Virus record (IMG/VR): IMGVR_UViG_3300030118_006581
Location: 1 to 57,887 of that record
Length of the DNA stretch: 57,887 nucleotides
Direction: 5' to 3' (one strand)
DNA from: a virus
Taxonomy: Duplodnaviria; Caudoviricetes
How positions within the stretch are numbered: the first letter of the stretch is position 1; each line of letters opens with the position of its first letter. Below the pieces are notes generated by a model. That model had not been told where the DNA came from and did no database searches. It worked only from the letters and a program-made list of their open reading frames with translations. The position numbers were made by a program, and so were the translations under genes. Of the stretch, positions 38,596 to 46,865 are shown piece by piece.

Positions 38596-39284
38596 TTTAT
38601 CGCCTCCTCAATACTCATTTTTTTAAAACACTTTAGATTAGATATGGGGCTGCAATTTACCACTTCTATATCAGCGTGTGCAGCCCTATATGCAAACATA
38701 TTCCAAGTTGGCATATGAAATTTAATACCATCAGGAATATTATATTGATCACCTTTTTGTTGATAGTCATCAAACCAATAGTTCGGGTTCTTATCTGGTG
38801 TTTTATCCATAATCAGCCCAGGTCCGTCTTTTTTACTGCCGTCAACAAATTCAACATAGTTACAGTCTACACCCAAAAGGATAATTTTTTTATACCCCAT
38901 ACAAACAGCCGCCGAACAAGCGTTAGCACCACTATTACCATTATCGTGAAACTGAGTAAAACAATCTTCTGAATGATTCATCTTGTTGGTGCTACCATAC
39001 GGTAGCATATTTACAAATTGGAAATTATCTTTGTCACTTAAGTTCCTTATGTAAAAATGCTTTTTAAATTTACCTGAATCGATAAGATCAATGAAGCTTT
39101 GTTGGTGATTATCTGTTACACGATAATCAAAGCAGCCGTGATAGGTAGGCCACCAGTCTAAACGAGGATAGGCTCGATAGGCAGAATTTAATCCAAATGT
39201 GTCAATACCATCTAGCATAGAAAAATCAACATCCTTAAGGGATGGACCATTTCCCATAATAACTATCGTTTCACTCTTAGTCAT
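38589..39284 (-). CDS. Maf/DUF115 (CstII/GT42-like fold) protein, possible ulosonate transferase
   Basis: VIMGNGPSLK, FGLN, MGYKKIILLGVDC, VVNCS. Confidence 0.7.
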   Translation of the reverse strand: MTKSETIVIMGNGPSLKDVDFSMLDGIDTFGLNSAYRAYPRLDWWPTYHGCFDYRVTDNHQQSFIDLIDSGKFKKHFYIRNLSDKDNFQFVNMLPYGSTNKMNHSEDCFTQFHDNGNSGANACSAAVCMGYKKIILLGVDCNYVEFVDGSKKDGPGLIMDKTPDKNPNYWFDDYQQKGDQYNIPDGIKFHMPTWNMFAYRAAHADIEVVNCSPISNLKCFKKMSIEEAIKC

Positions 39285-40128
39285 AAAAACTCCAAAATGT
39301 AGAACACCTTGTGTTCATATGTTCTCGACAAGATTCAGCACTATTAGCCCAAGATTCATATCTGTGTTGGACGTTTTCATTTAATATAGTTTCACACCCT
39401 AGCATTTGCGCTTCCATAACAAGCCTAGGACAAGTATCTGCACCATCAGGTAAAAATATAAGACCCTTTGAAGTAGACAATTTTATTAGTAATTCGTGAT
39501 AAGGTAAACCAGCAACTACTTCTGCCTCTAATGAGTTATCTTGCGCATACTTGACACATTTTTCATAACCCTTAATCCAAGAGTTTGTTCTAACAATAAG
39601 ATATTTGTCGTTTTTTTCATTGTCTCTTATCGAGTCAATAAATCTTAAATCACCCTTTGAAAAAACAGAATTTAAAGTTTCTGTATTTTCTTCTTTGATT
39701 GTCTTAACCCTCTGTAAGAAGATATTCTTTTGCGCATCGCTCATAAACCAGATTTTTTTTGCATACCCATAAAAGGCTAAATTTATCTTGTTCTCTTTTA
39801 TATCTGCACAATCACACTCCTGACCTGTTTGAATTCTGTGAAGATCCAAAGATCTGAATTTACAGAATTTGTAGTCGTACTCGACTATAGAATAATTTAC
39901 ATTTTTAATCAAATGAAGTTTTAACCTGTAATCAAGCGAAACAAAATTTAATACAACCCAGTGAGCTTCTTTATATTGGTTGATTACAGAGCTTGTAAGC
40001 TCAGCACATCTTATCTTTATTATGTTTTTATTATTGGGTCTCCCTTGGATAATAGCCTCCGAGGTAAGCTCCGCTCCACCAACATAATCTTCAGCAAAAG
40101 CATCAGCTAAGAATATCATAAGACTCAT
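39277..40128 (-). CDS. GT-B fold glycosyltransferase-like protein
   Basis: GGAELT N-terminus, KG, DTCPRLVMEAQMLGC (D-x7-E variant of the GT4 motif). Confidence 0.75.
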   Translation of the reverse strand: MSLMIFLADAFAEDYVGGAELTSEAIIQGRPNNKNIIKIRCAELTSSVINQYKEAHWVVLNFVSLDYRLKLHLIKNVNYSIVEYDYKFCKFRSLDLHRIQTGQECDCADIKENKINLAFYGYAKKIWFMSDAQKNIFLQRVKTIKEENTETLNSVFSKGDLRFIDSIRDNEKNDKYLIVRTNSWIKGYEKCVKYAQDNSLEAEVVAGLPYHELLIKLSTSKGLIFLPDGADTCPRLVMEAQMLGCETILNENVQHRYESWANSAESCREHMNTRCSTFWSFYD

Positions 40129-41417
40129 ATTAAATCATCCAAAAGTGAATCCACTTCATCCTCATATTCTTGAACTGTTTTTAAATACGGAGAAAGTTCT
40201 TCGTTATTGAAATCCTTATACATACCCTTAATAACTTTTAGATTGTTTTTTTCTCTAAGATAATTTGAAAGATTTTTAGAATCTTCTAGGAACGATTCTT
40301 TATTCCTTCGGATAAAATTAAGAGACTTCTTAAAGGAGTCTTCTTTTGGATAAGCCCAAATACAAGACTCAGTAATTAAACCAGGCATCAAATGTTGTTG
40401 TTCTACAGGTTTTAAGTCATAAGCTACTTTGATAAAGTGGCTTTTAAGCTTAGTATTTCCAGCCCTGTTTTTACTGGGGGCTCTAAGAAAATCCAAATGG
40501 CCAGACCAGTTTGTTGCTATAATTGGAATACCGTTACAAGCTGCTCTAAAGATAGGTATACCAAAGCCTTCGCCATGTGTGGCTGTAACATAACAGTCAA
40601 TATAGTCTGGATTATATAATGACTCCATCTCTTGTTCTGTTAAACTACCGTGAACGAAATAAACCTTACACTTTCTACTAGGCGCTATAGCTTGAAGAGT
40701 TGCTTCAATATCCTGCTTTGTTGCATAGAAATCCATAGTACTATTATTATGCATATGTGTTTTTACAATAAGTCCTACTTCTTCATCATCTTTAAAGTTC
40801 TCTATAAACCATTTTAATGTCATCCTAAAGTTTTTTCTTGGTGCCATTTGAAGAACAGTAAGAAAGTTAAACTTTGTTTTAATATTCATACCTTTATAGA
40901 TGTCTATTTGTTCCACAGTATCATCGTGTCCAAATGGTATAACTGTGATTGGACACGAAATCCCAACACCGTTTTCATCTTTTGTATTTTTAAGGTTTTC
41001 TTTTGCGTGATTGGATACAACCAAGATATGCTTCATAGTGTTACATTTAGCAACCCATTCCGATGGTGCAAATGTTGTTTCTAAAGCGGCCGTGACACCT
41101 ATGTCGTGTGGGGACATAGGCTGGAATTCATTAGGTGGTCTCACTTGGTAAGTGGCAGTAAATAAGTCATTTATATTAATATTACCTTGAGCATCCTGTC
41201 GAGATACAAAAAGCCGATTTGTTTTGTCAATAAGATTTTTATACTTTTCGTAATATTTTGAACTACGACTAGTTGCAGCCCACTGAGTGTCTTGGACATA
41301 GACTTCTATTGTGTCTTGTAGTTCCAACAGTGAATCCAGTAATGTTCTTGCGTGTTCACTGTAACCTGATAGGTTACAAACGGGACCAACCACTAAGATT
41401 TTAGGTTTATTAATCAT
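40125..41417 (-). CDS. GT4-family glycosyltransferase
   Basis: SGYSEHAR, RKN, GEGFGIPIFRAACNGIPIIATNWSGHLDF. Confidence 0.88.
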   Translation of the reverse strand: MINKPKILVVGPVCNLSGYSEHARTLLDSLLELQDTIEVYVQDTQWAATSRSSKYYEKYKNLIDKTNRLFVSRQDAQGNININDLFTATYQVRPPNEFQPMSPHDIGVTAALETTFAPSEWVAKCNTMKHILVVSNHAKENLKNTKDENGVGISCPITVIPFGHDDTVEQIDIYKGMNIKTKFNFLTVLQMAPRKNFRMTLKWFIENFKDDEEVGLIVKTHMHNNSTMDFYATKQDIEATLQAIAPSRKCKVYFVHGSLTEQEMESLYNPDYIDCYVTATHGEGFGIPIFRAACNGIPIIATNWSGHLDFLRAPSKNRAGNTKLKSHFIKVAYDLKPVEQQHLMPGLITESCIWAYPKEDSFKKSLNFIRRNKESFLEDSKNLSNYLREKNNLKVIKGMYKDFNNEELSPYLKTVQEYEDEVDSLLDDLI

Positions 41418-42673
41418 AATTCTACTGTCCTAATATTATTGTATTTCTTTCTACTATCCCAAGATCCTCTCTCCTCATGAACCCGCAACATCAAATCAAC
41501 CCACTGTTTCTTAAAAACATCAAAATTGTAGTTATTCTTAACGTGTTGTTGTCCAAGTTCGCCAAGTTCTTTTAATTGTTGGGGAGTTTTTTTATACATT
41601 TCTAGAAGAGCGTTAATAAAATCGTCTTTATTGATTCTATCCTCGTAAATGTATGGCACCTGCTGCGATCCAATAACCGCCTTAGAACTTGGTTCAATTC
41701 CAATTCCAAACCATTTCTCTCCATCTGTGACTTGTTCCTGCAAACCGCCTGTCATATTAACAATAATTGGAGTGCCGCAAGATAGAGACTCAAGAGTTGC
41801 CAACCCGAACCCCTCTGCATCTGAAATATTAACTGTGCAATCAGCCATTGTGTAAAGCGCTGCTAATTGTTCAGCCTGAAGTTTATTGGTGGAAAGAAAA
41901 ATCTCTCCGTCATTAAACCCTAAATGAGAAGCAAGGTAATGCAATGGTTGCCCATGAGGATCGGTAGGGTCAGTATGCATAAACAAACAAACCTTTGATC
42001 GATCTACATCCTCCCTCTCTAGAAATTCCTTGAACCAATACACCAAACTACCAGACTGTTTTCTTCTAGCGTTCCGATTATTCCAGAAGAATATGAATTT
42101 ATCTTTTAGTGTTGGATTTATTTTATATAGGTCGTCTATTTCTTTCGAGGGTCTTGGATAGAAATGATCTGAATTTACTGCGTGTGGAACATATTCTTCC
42201 TCCACTTCTGGGCATACATTCTGAACTATATCACTTGTGACTTTCGAAATACTTGCGACCACATCATTAGCATCATAATATCTCTTATTGAATTTTGGGT
42301 ATGGATAATTATCCCAAACGTGATAATAAACCATAGGTAGTTTATCTCGAATCTGATCGTCTATTGACCATAACCATTCATAAAAACGTGGGTCGGTCAT
42401 AAAATATAGGATATCTGGTTTTCGATCTCTGATGAACTGGCTAATCATTTGAGGATTACCATAACCATCAACTGGGAATATTTCCCAAAATCCTGGATAT
42501 CCTTCGATTCTTTTAGGTTCATAGTTTTGATGCTTGATCGCTCCTCCAAGAGAGATCACATTAAACTTGCCACTATTAAGAAGAGCTTCTATAACATATT
42601 TTGTCTGGGTTCCCACTCCAGAAGGCAACAAAGGGTGGTCACTTATGGTCATAACCGTAATTTTTTTATCCAA
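41414..42673 (-). CDS. GT4-family glycosyltransferase
   Basis: SDHPLLPSGVG, NRNARRK, EGFGLATLESLSCGTPII (E-x7-E). Confidence 0.92.
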   Translation of the reverse strand: MDKKITVMTISDHPLLPSGVGTQTKYVIEALLNSGKFNVISLGGAIKHQNYEPKRIEGYPGFWEIFPVDGYGNPQMISQFIRDRKPDILYFMTDPRFYEWLWSIDDQIRDKLPMVYYHVWDNYPYPKFNKRYYDANDVVASISKVTSDIVQNVCPEVEEEYVPHAVNSDHFYPRPSKEIDDLYKINPTLKDKFIFFWNNRNARRKQSGSLVYWFKEFLEREDVDRSKVCLFMHTDPTDPHGQPLHYLASHLGFNDGEIFLSTNKLQAEQLAALYTMADCTVNISDAEGFGLATLESLSCGTPIIVNMTGGLQEQVTDGEKWFGIGIEPSSKAVIGSQQVPYIYEDRINKDDFINALLEMYKKTPQQLKELGELGQQHVKNNYNFDVFKKQWVDLMLRVHEERGSWDSRKKYNNIRTVEL

Positions 42674-42682
42674 TTTAATACC

Positions 42683-43522
42683 TCATTTGCAATACTCAGT
42701 CCTATAAAATTCACAGACACCTGGGCGGTGTTTGCAACTCGTACAAGAATTTCTGTTTTTAATATATCGTTCTTTTGTAATATTGTATAGGGCTGTAGTC
42801 AAAGATTTTAATGCATCTGTCGTTCTTTTTTTAGCCGCCGTAATTCTAACAAACTCTACTTTTTTTCCAGGCTTGGCAGTACGCTTTAAAAGAACAAAGT
42901 GACAATCAATATCTTTGGGATCAACATCATACTTTTGCGAATAAAAATGCTTATACAATACAAGCTGATAGGCCATAACCTTATCACTTTTCTTTTCACG
43001 ACGCCAACCCCAGGAGCAAGTCTTCCAATCGATTAGGTGAACCTTCTCATCTTTCTTAGAATGAACTACAAGGTCAATAAAACCTTTGAAATTTTTTTCT
43101 GCTTCCGTGAACTCTGTGATGGGTTGGTACAAAAACTCCTCAGCAGCTAAAACGTGCCAATCCTCGCCAAGTTTCCCAAATTTTTCTACTAGTGAGCGGT
43201 AAAGGTCGGGAATAATCTCAATGCCGTGAGCCATCCACAAAGGCAGGTCAAAGTCGTTAGCCGCTCTCTGTTGTTCATCAGCCGGCAGGGCTTTGAGTTC
43301 CTTTACAAACTGCTCCTTAAGCAAGGTAGTGATCTTTTCCTGAGATCTATACTGTTCAGTCTTTGTGAGAGTTTCCTCACATAGGGTATGTAAAGCTTTT
43401 CCAAAGGCAGTGTAAATATTGCCTTCAAACTTATTAATCTTATCAATATAGGTAAGCTTGTGATAGTGTGGGCAAATAAGCCAATTCTTCCACTCTGAAT
43501 AAGAGATATGTTTTCCAGCCAA
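42683..43522 (-). CDS. PD-(D/E)XK nuclease, RecB/AddB/Cas4-like, with Cys cluster
   Basis: ISYS...CP, FGKALH, E, GFIDL, IDWKT, QLVLY, C-terminal CTSC-x6-C; TTG start. Confidence 0.88.
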   Translation of the reverse strand: MAGKHISYSEWKNWLICPHYHKLTYIDKINKFEGNIYTAFGKALHTLCEETLTKTEQYRSQEKITTLLKEQFVKELKALPADEQQRAANDFDLPLWMAHGIEIIPDLYRSLVEKFGKLGEDWHVLAAEEFLYQPITEFTEAEKNFKGFIDLVVHSKKDEKVHLIDWKTCSWGWRREKKSDKVMAYQLVLYKHFYSQKYDVDPKDIDCHFVLLKRTAKPGKKVEFVRITAAKKRTTDALKSLTTALYNITKERYIKNRNSCTSCKHRPGVCEFYRTEYCK

Positions 43523-43537
43523 AGTTCCGTCGCTTTC

Positions 43538-44197
43538 TTAGTTGTTGACGAGTTCATCGATCTTGTTATATAGTTCCGGGCTAATTTTCTTTAGTTTTTG
43601 TTTACTTCCCAGAAAATACTGCTCAAATCCAGTAGCAAAGTATTCACGCAATGAAACAGAACTATAGGGTCGAATAAACATCCCAGAAGTAATCATTCTG
43701 AGTAGGTTTTTACCGACTCGCTTATAAAGAAACTGATCAAAATCCTCATCGAACTTAAGGTTTTTAAAATCATACTCCTGTGTCCAATATCCTTCTGACC
43801 TCAGTTCAAATTCCAACTCATATCTTTTTTTGAGAAACTCTTTTTTTATTTTTTGATCACCATAAATTTGTTCCGGGTATAGAACTTCTGCGTGGTGTGC
43901 AAATTCGTGAACAATATCATCTATCAAATCAGCAGCATTATCTTGATCTTGAGTTATATAAAAAACACCGTCTTTATACAGGGCATTAGCTTCACGATCA
44001 TCAAAAATTTCTTGGTGACCTATCTGCACTCCCTTAAGTCCACTAAATAATTTAGATGGTATTAGCTTCTCTACAGAGCGAAAAATAGCTTGGGCATCAA
44101 CGTTATCTGGTAGTTGATCTTTTTGATAAACAGGGACATTCCCAAACCGAAAATGCCTAGTGGTATTTTTTACCTTCTCAAAAACATATTCTCTCAT
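43538..44197 (-). CDS. Zincin-like metalloprotein (HExxH)
   Basis: IVHEFAHH plus downstream Y...REYFATGFE third-ligand pattern. Confidence 0.65.
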   Translation of the reverse strand: MREYVFEKVKNTTRHFRFGNVPVYQKDQLPDNVDAQAIFRSVEKLIPSKLFSGLKGVQIGHQEIFDDREANALYKDGVFYITQDQDNAADLIDDIVHEFAHHAEVLYPEQIYGDQKIKKEFLKKRYELEFELRSEGYWTQEYDFKNLKFDEDFDQFLYKRVGKNLLRMITSGMFIRPYSSVSLREYFATGFEQYFLGSKQKLKKISPELYNKIDELVNN

Positions 44198-45498
44198 AAT
44201 ATCTCCGAAGCAAGGGTTGCCAATTGTGATCTCTCACCTTTAGTTAGTGTGATATGTCCAGCAATGTCATAATTTTTAAATTTTTCTACTGCATGAGTCA
44301 AACCATTTGATACTGAATCTACATAGGAATTGTCTATTTGTTGTATATCACCTGTAAGAACTAACTTTGTCCCATGTCCTACCCTTGTTATTATAGTCTT
44401 TAATTCGTGTGCTGTCAAGTTTTGAGCCTCATCAACAATCATAAAAGCATTTGCGATAGAACGACCTCGAATATAAGTCATTGCCTCAATTTCAATAACT
44501 CCCTGTTCTACCTGCATATCTAGAGCAGTGCGGTCACCAAAGAGATGCTCCAAATTATCTCGAATTGGAGCGATCCACGGCAACATCTTCTCCTCTAAAG
44601 TCCCAGGCAGAAATCCAATATCTCTGCCCATTGGTTGCACTGGACGGGTAATTATAAGTTTGTCATAACCACCAGAAGCACCAGTAGTGTTAATGACTTG
44701 TTCCAATGCACAAGCTGTAGCTAACAATGTTTTACCAGTGCCAGCCGGACCTGTCAAGGACATTATATGAATATTTTTATCAAATAATAAATCCATAGCA
44801 TATTGTTGCTCTTTATTTCTTGCTGAGAGACCCCATATGTTTTTGTATTTATTTACTTTTTTTAAAGGTTTATTCTCTCCTTCATAGCGGCAAATCGCTG
44901 ACTTATTTGTTCCTTCGTTTTTAAGAAGAAGGAATTGATTGGGAAACAGTCTCTTCTTCTGCTCCGGGAGGACAAATGGCTCTCCTGTATAAAATCTATC
45001 AATAAGTGAGAAGTCCACTTCCAATTCTTGAGTACCAGTGAATAAATTTTCTACAGAATTAATAACCTTTTGTGGTTGATAGTCAAAACACTCTATACCA
45101 TAAGCATCACACTTGACTCTCATATTGAGATCCCGAGACACTACAGCGATCTCGTGACCTTTCTTTTTTAATCGGAGGGCGACGGCAATAATTTTATTAT
45201 CTGAGTCATCCTCTTTCATCCCAGCGGGTAGGAAATTTGCATCATAATGAGCCGCAAAGACTTTACCCTTGCCCCTCCCAAGCGCAACTCCTTCCATAAG
45301 ACTACCTTTTGAGCGCAACGCATCCAATACCCTGTTCATAGTTCGGGCATTAAGACCGGCAGTATCTTGACGGTGTTTATGTTTATCTATCTCATCTAAT
45401 ACAATTGTTGGGATTGCAATATTATTTTTCCCAAATGCCAATATGGAACCTGCCTCTGTAAGATACACATTTGTATCTAAAATGATGGTTTTCTTCAT
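44194..45498 (-). CDS. phoH: PIN-domain PhoH-family ATPase (PhoH2/YlaK type)
   Basis: N-terminal PIN (ILDTNV, DEID, DNKII, SRDLNMRVK); Walker A GPAGTGKT, GFLPG, RGRS, DEAQN, GDIQQID; ATG 45498 with GGGGGA RBS. Confidence 0.93.
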   Translation of the reverse strand: MKKTIILDTNVYLTEAGSILAFGKNNIAIPTIVLDEIDKHKHRQDTAGLNARTMNRVLDALRSKGSLMEGVALGRGKGKVFAAHYDANFLPAGMKEDDSDNKIIAVALRLKKKGHEIAVVSRDLNMRVKCDAYGIECFDYQPQKVINSVENLFTGTQELEVDFSLIDRFYTGEPFVLPEQKKRLFPNQFLLLKNEGTNKSAICRYEGENKPLKKVNKYKNIWGLSARNKEQQYAMDLLFDKNIHIMSLTGPAGTGKTLLATACALEQVINTTGASGGYDKLIITRPVQPMGRDIGFLPGTLEEKMLPWIAPIRDNLEHLFGDRTALDMQVEQGVIEIEAMTYIRGRSIANAFMIVDEAQNLTAHELKTIITRVGHGTKLVLTGDIQQIDNSYVDSVSNGLTHAVEKFKNYDIAGHITLTKGERSQLATLASEIL

Positions 45499-45525
45499 AT
45501 ATTCCCCCAAATAAGTGGGTTTATA

Positions 45526-45531
45526 TAATTA
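45526..45531 (-). promoter_or_regulatory. Candidate late-promoter element heading the phoH-glycosylation-sigma gene run
   Basis: AC-TAATTA-TA between the tmRNA terminator and the phoH RBS. Confidence 0.5.
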
Positions 45532-45545
45532 GTTCTCAGGGTAAT

Positions 45546-45568
45546 AAAAAAGCCGCCCGAAGGCGGCT
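45546..45568 (-). terminator. Rho-independent terminator after tmRNA
   Basis: Minus strand AGCCGCC-TTCG-GGCGGCT-TTTTT; C(UUCG)G tetraloop. Confidence 0.9.
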
Positions 45569-45891
45569 GGTGGAGGTAGGGAGAATCGAACTCCCGTCTT
45601 GTCTAGTTCCATAAAGAGGTCATTCACAAGGTTAGGTCTGTTTTTTTCGTCAGACAGCCCACTTGACTAGATCATTTTATTGTGGCTAAAATAATCAAAA
45701 GCACTTACAAAGACACAGTACGGCTTTCTGTTTTTTGGCTGCCGTCGCCTCAAGTCAAGTCAGGTTATTAAGCTGCTTGTGCTAGTTGAAAATCGTCGTT
45801 TGCGATTAGAAGTTAAGCGTTTTTAGTGAGCCACGCTTCCCTCACCCTTGCACCTTTTTTACTTTCCTATCAATCGATACCGGTTACCCCC
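45568..45891 (-). ncRNA. ssrA: tmRNA, one-piece, 324 nt; tag peptide ANDDFQLAQAA* at 45803-45768
   Basis: 5' GGGGGTA pairs with 3' TACCTCC-ACCA with G3:U; T-arm GGGAG-TTCGATT-CTCCC; pk1 GTGAG/CTCAC + AAGCGT/ACGCTT; resume codon GCA, tag ends AA then TAA TAA. Confidence 0.96.
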
Positions 45892-45902
45892 ATTCACTTA
45901 AT

Positions 45903-45931
45903 GTTATATAATACAACGAAGAACTTGTCAA
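45903..45931 (-). promoter_or_regulatory. Sigma70-type promoter for tmRNA
   Basis: TTGACA (45931-45926), 17-nt spacer, TATAAC (45908-45903), 11 nt upstream of the mature 5' end. Confidence 0.85.
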
Positions 45932-46039
45932 ATTATTTATATTTCTATATATGCTAGCAAGCTATCAAGCTCCAATAAAGCTAGAAAAAGTAAGAAAAGT
46001 AGAAAAGAGTTTTTTTTCGTTGTTTAACAGCTTGCAGCT

Positions 46040-46067
46040 ATTATAACGAAGCCTGACAAAGTGTTAA
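46040..46067 (-). promoter_or_regulatory. Possible second sigma70-type promoter upstream of tmRNA
   Basis: TTAACA-N16-TATAAT on the minus strand. Confidence 0.45.
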
Positions 46068-46078
46068 GGAAGAATTTT

Positions 46079-46855
46079 TTAAAGATCTAATTCCATATCA
46101 ACCCCTTGTTCAACATCATCTGTAGGGTCTTCTTTTTCCTCTTCATATTCTGGAGTAGAGACGGGAGACAAATCGTTCTGAAGTTCGTCTTCGAATTTAT
46201 CGAAATATAAAAGTAGATTCGTAACAAGATAGTCATAAAAAACATCCTTGTCTTTTTCATCTGCTAACATATCATAAGCATCAACAATTTGTTTTTCTAC
46301 CCTTTTATATGAAGCTTGAGCAAAGTTTCTACCAGTTTCATTCTGATCGTCTAGTTTTATGAAGTCATCTTCATCTGAATCGCCATCGCCATCAACATCA
46401 ATGAATTCACCTTCTATTGATTGTGCTTCTTTTCCGTCATCTTGTGGATCAAGATCTATGGATATTTTTTCTAACAGTGTATCTCTGTCAATTTCATACT
46501 CTATATCTTCAGTTTGTTTTTCACCCTGTGTGTTAGCTTCTATGGGTCTTAAGGAGTTTTCAACTGCGTGTACAATATGATTTTTAAAAGATTCTCTTTG
46601 TTCCTCTGAGGTGGTCAGCATTTTGTAATCATCTTGGAGTGTTGGAATAATATTCTGCAAAAGATCAGCAAGAACATTAATACCTGTACTACGACTAGCT
46701 TCTTCTGTACCGGTCTCAGCTTCAATCAATTTACGAACAACTTTTCTTATCTTTTCCTCAGCAAGTCTCTGCTGGTCCAGCTTTAAAGCTATTCTTTTAC
46801 GGATATGCTCCCTGATAAGTTCTTCAGCGATTAGTTGTTCTCGGTCAATAGTCAT
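46079..46855 (-). CDS. Acidic hypothetical protein (258 aa), possible head-internal protein
   Basis: Very Asp/Glu-rich; N-terminal LIAEELIREHIRK...IRKVVRKLIEAE helical leader. Confidence 0.65.
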   Translation of the reverse strand: MTIDREQLIAEELIREHIRKRIALKLDQQRLAEEKIRKVVRKLIEAETGTEEASRSTGINVLADLLQNIIPTLQDDYKMLTTSEEQRESFKNHIVHAVENSLRPIEANTQGEKQTEDIEYEIDRDTLLEKISIDLDPQDDGKEAQSIEGEFIDVDGDGDSDEDDFIKLDDQNETGRNFAQASYKRVEKQIVDAYDMLADEKDKDVFYDYLVTNLLLYFDKFEDELQNDLSPVSTPEYEEEKEDPTDDVEQGVDMELDL

Positions 46856-46865
46856 AGTATTATAA

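Noticed and set aside
26488-42673. Bacterial O-antigen/capsule locus or eukaryotic giant-virus origin
   Set aside because: No flippase, polymerase, ABC exporter or initiating phosphoglycosyl transferase; flanked by phage baseplate genes, with SD sites, a sigma70 promoter and tmRNA.
26488-42673. DNA hypermodification as the role of the sugar cluster
   Set aside because: No base hydroxymethylase, thymidylate-synthase-like or TET/JBP gene in the window, and CMP-ulosonate chemistry points to surface glycans; disfavoured, but cannot be excluded without the rest of the genome.
42683-43522. Cas4 of a CRISPR-Cas system
   Set aside because: No repeat-spacer array or other cas gene seen; stand-alone Cas4-like nucleases are common in phages.
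45568-45600. Stand-alone tRNA gene
   Set aside because: The T-arm and CCA belong to the tmRNA: the pairing 5' strand is 324 nt away with a tag ORF between, and there is no anticodon arm.
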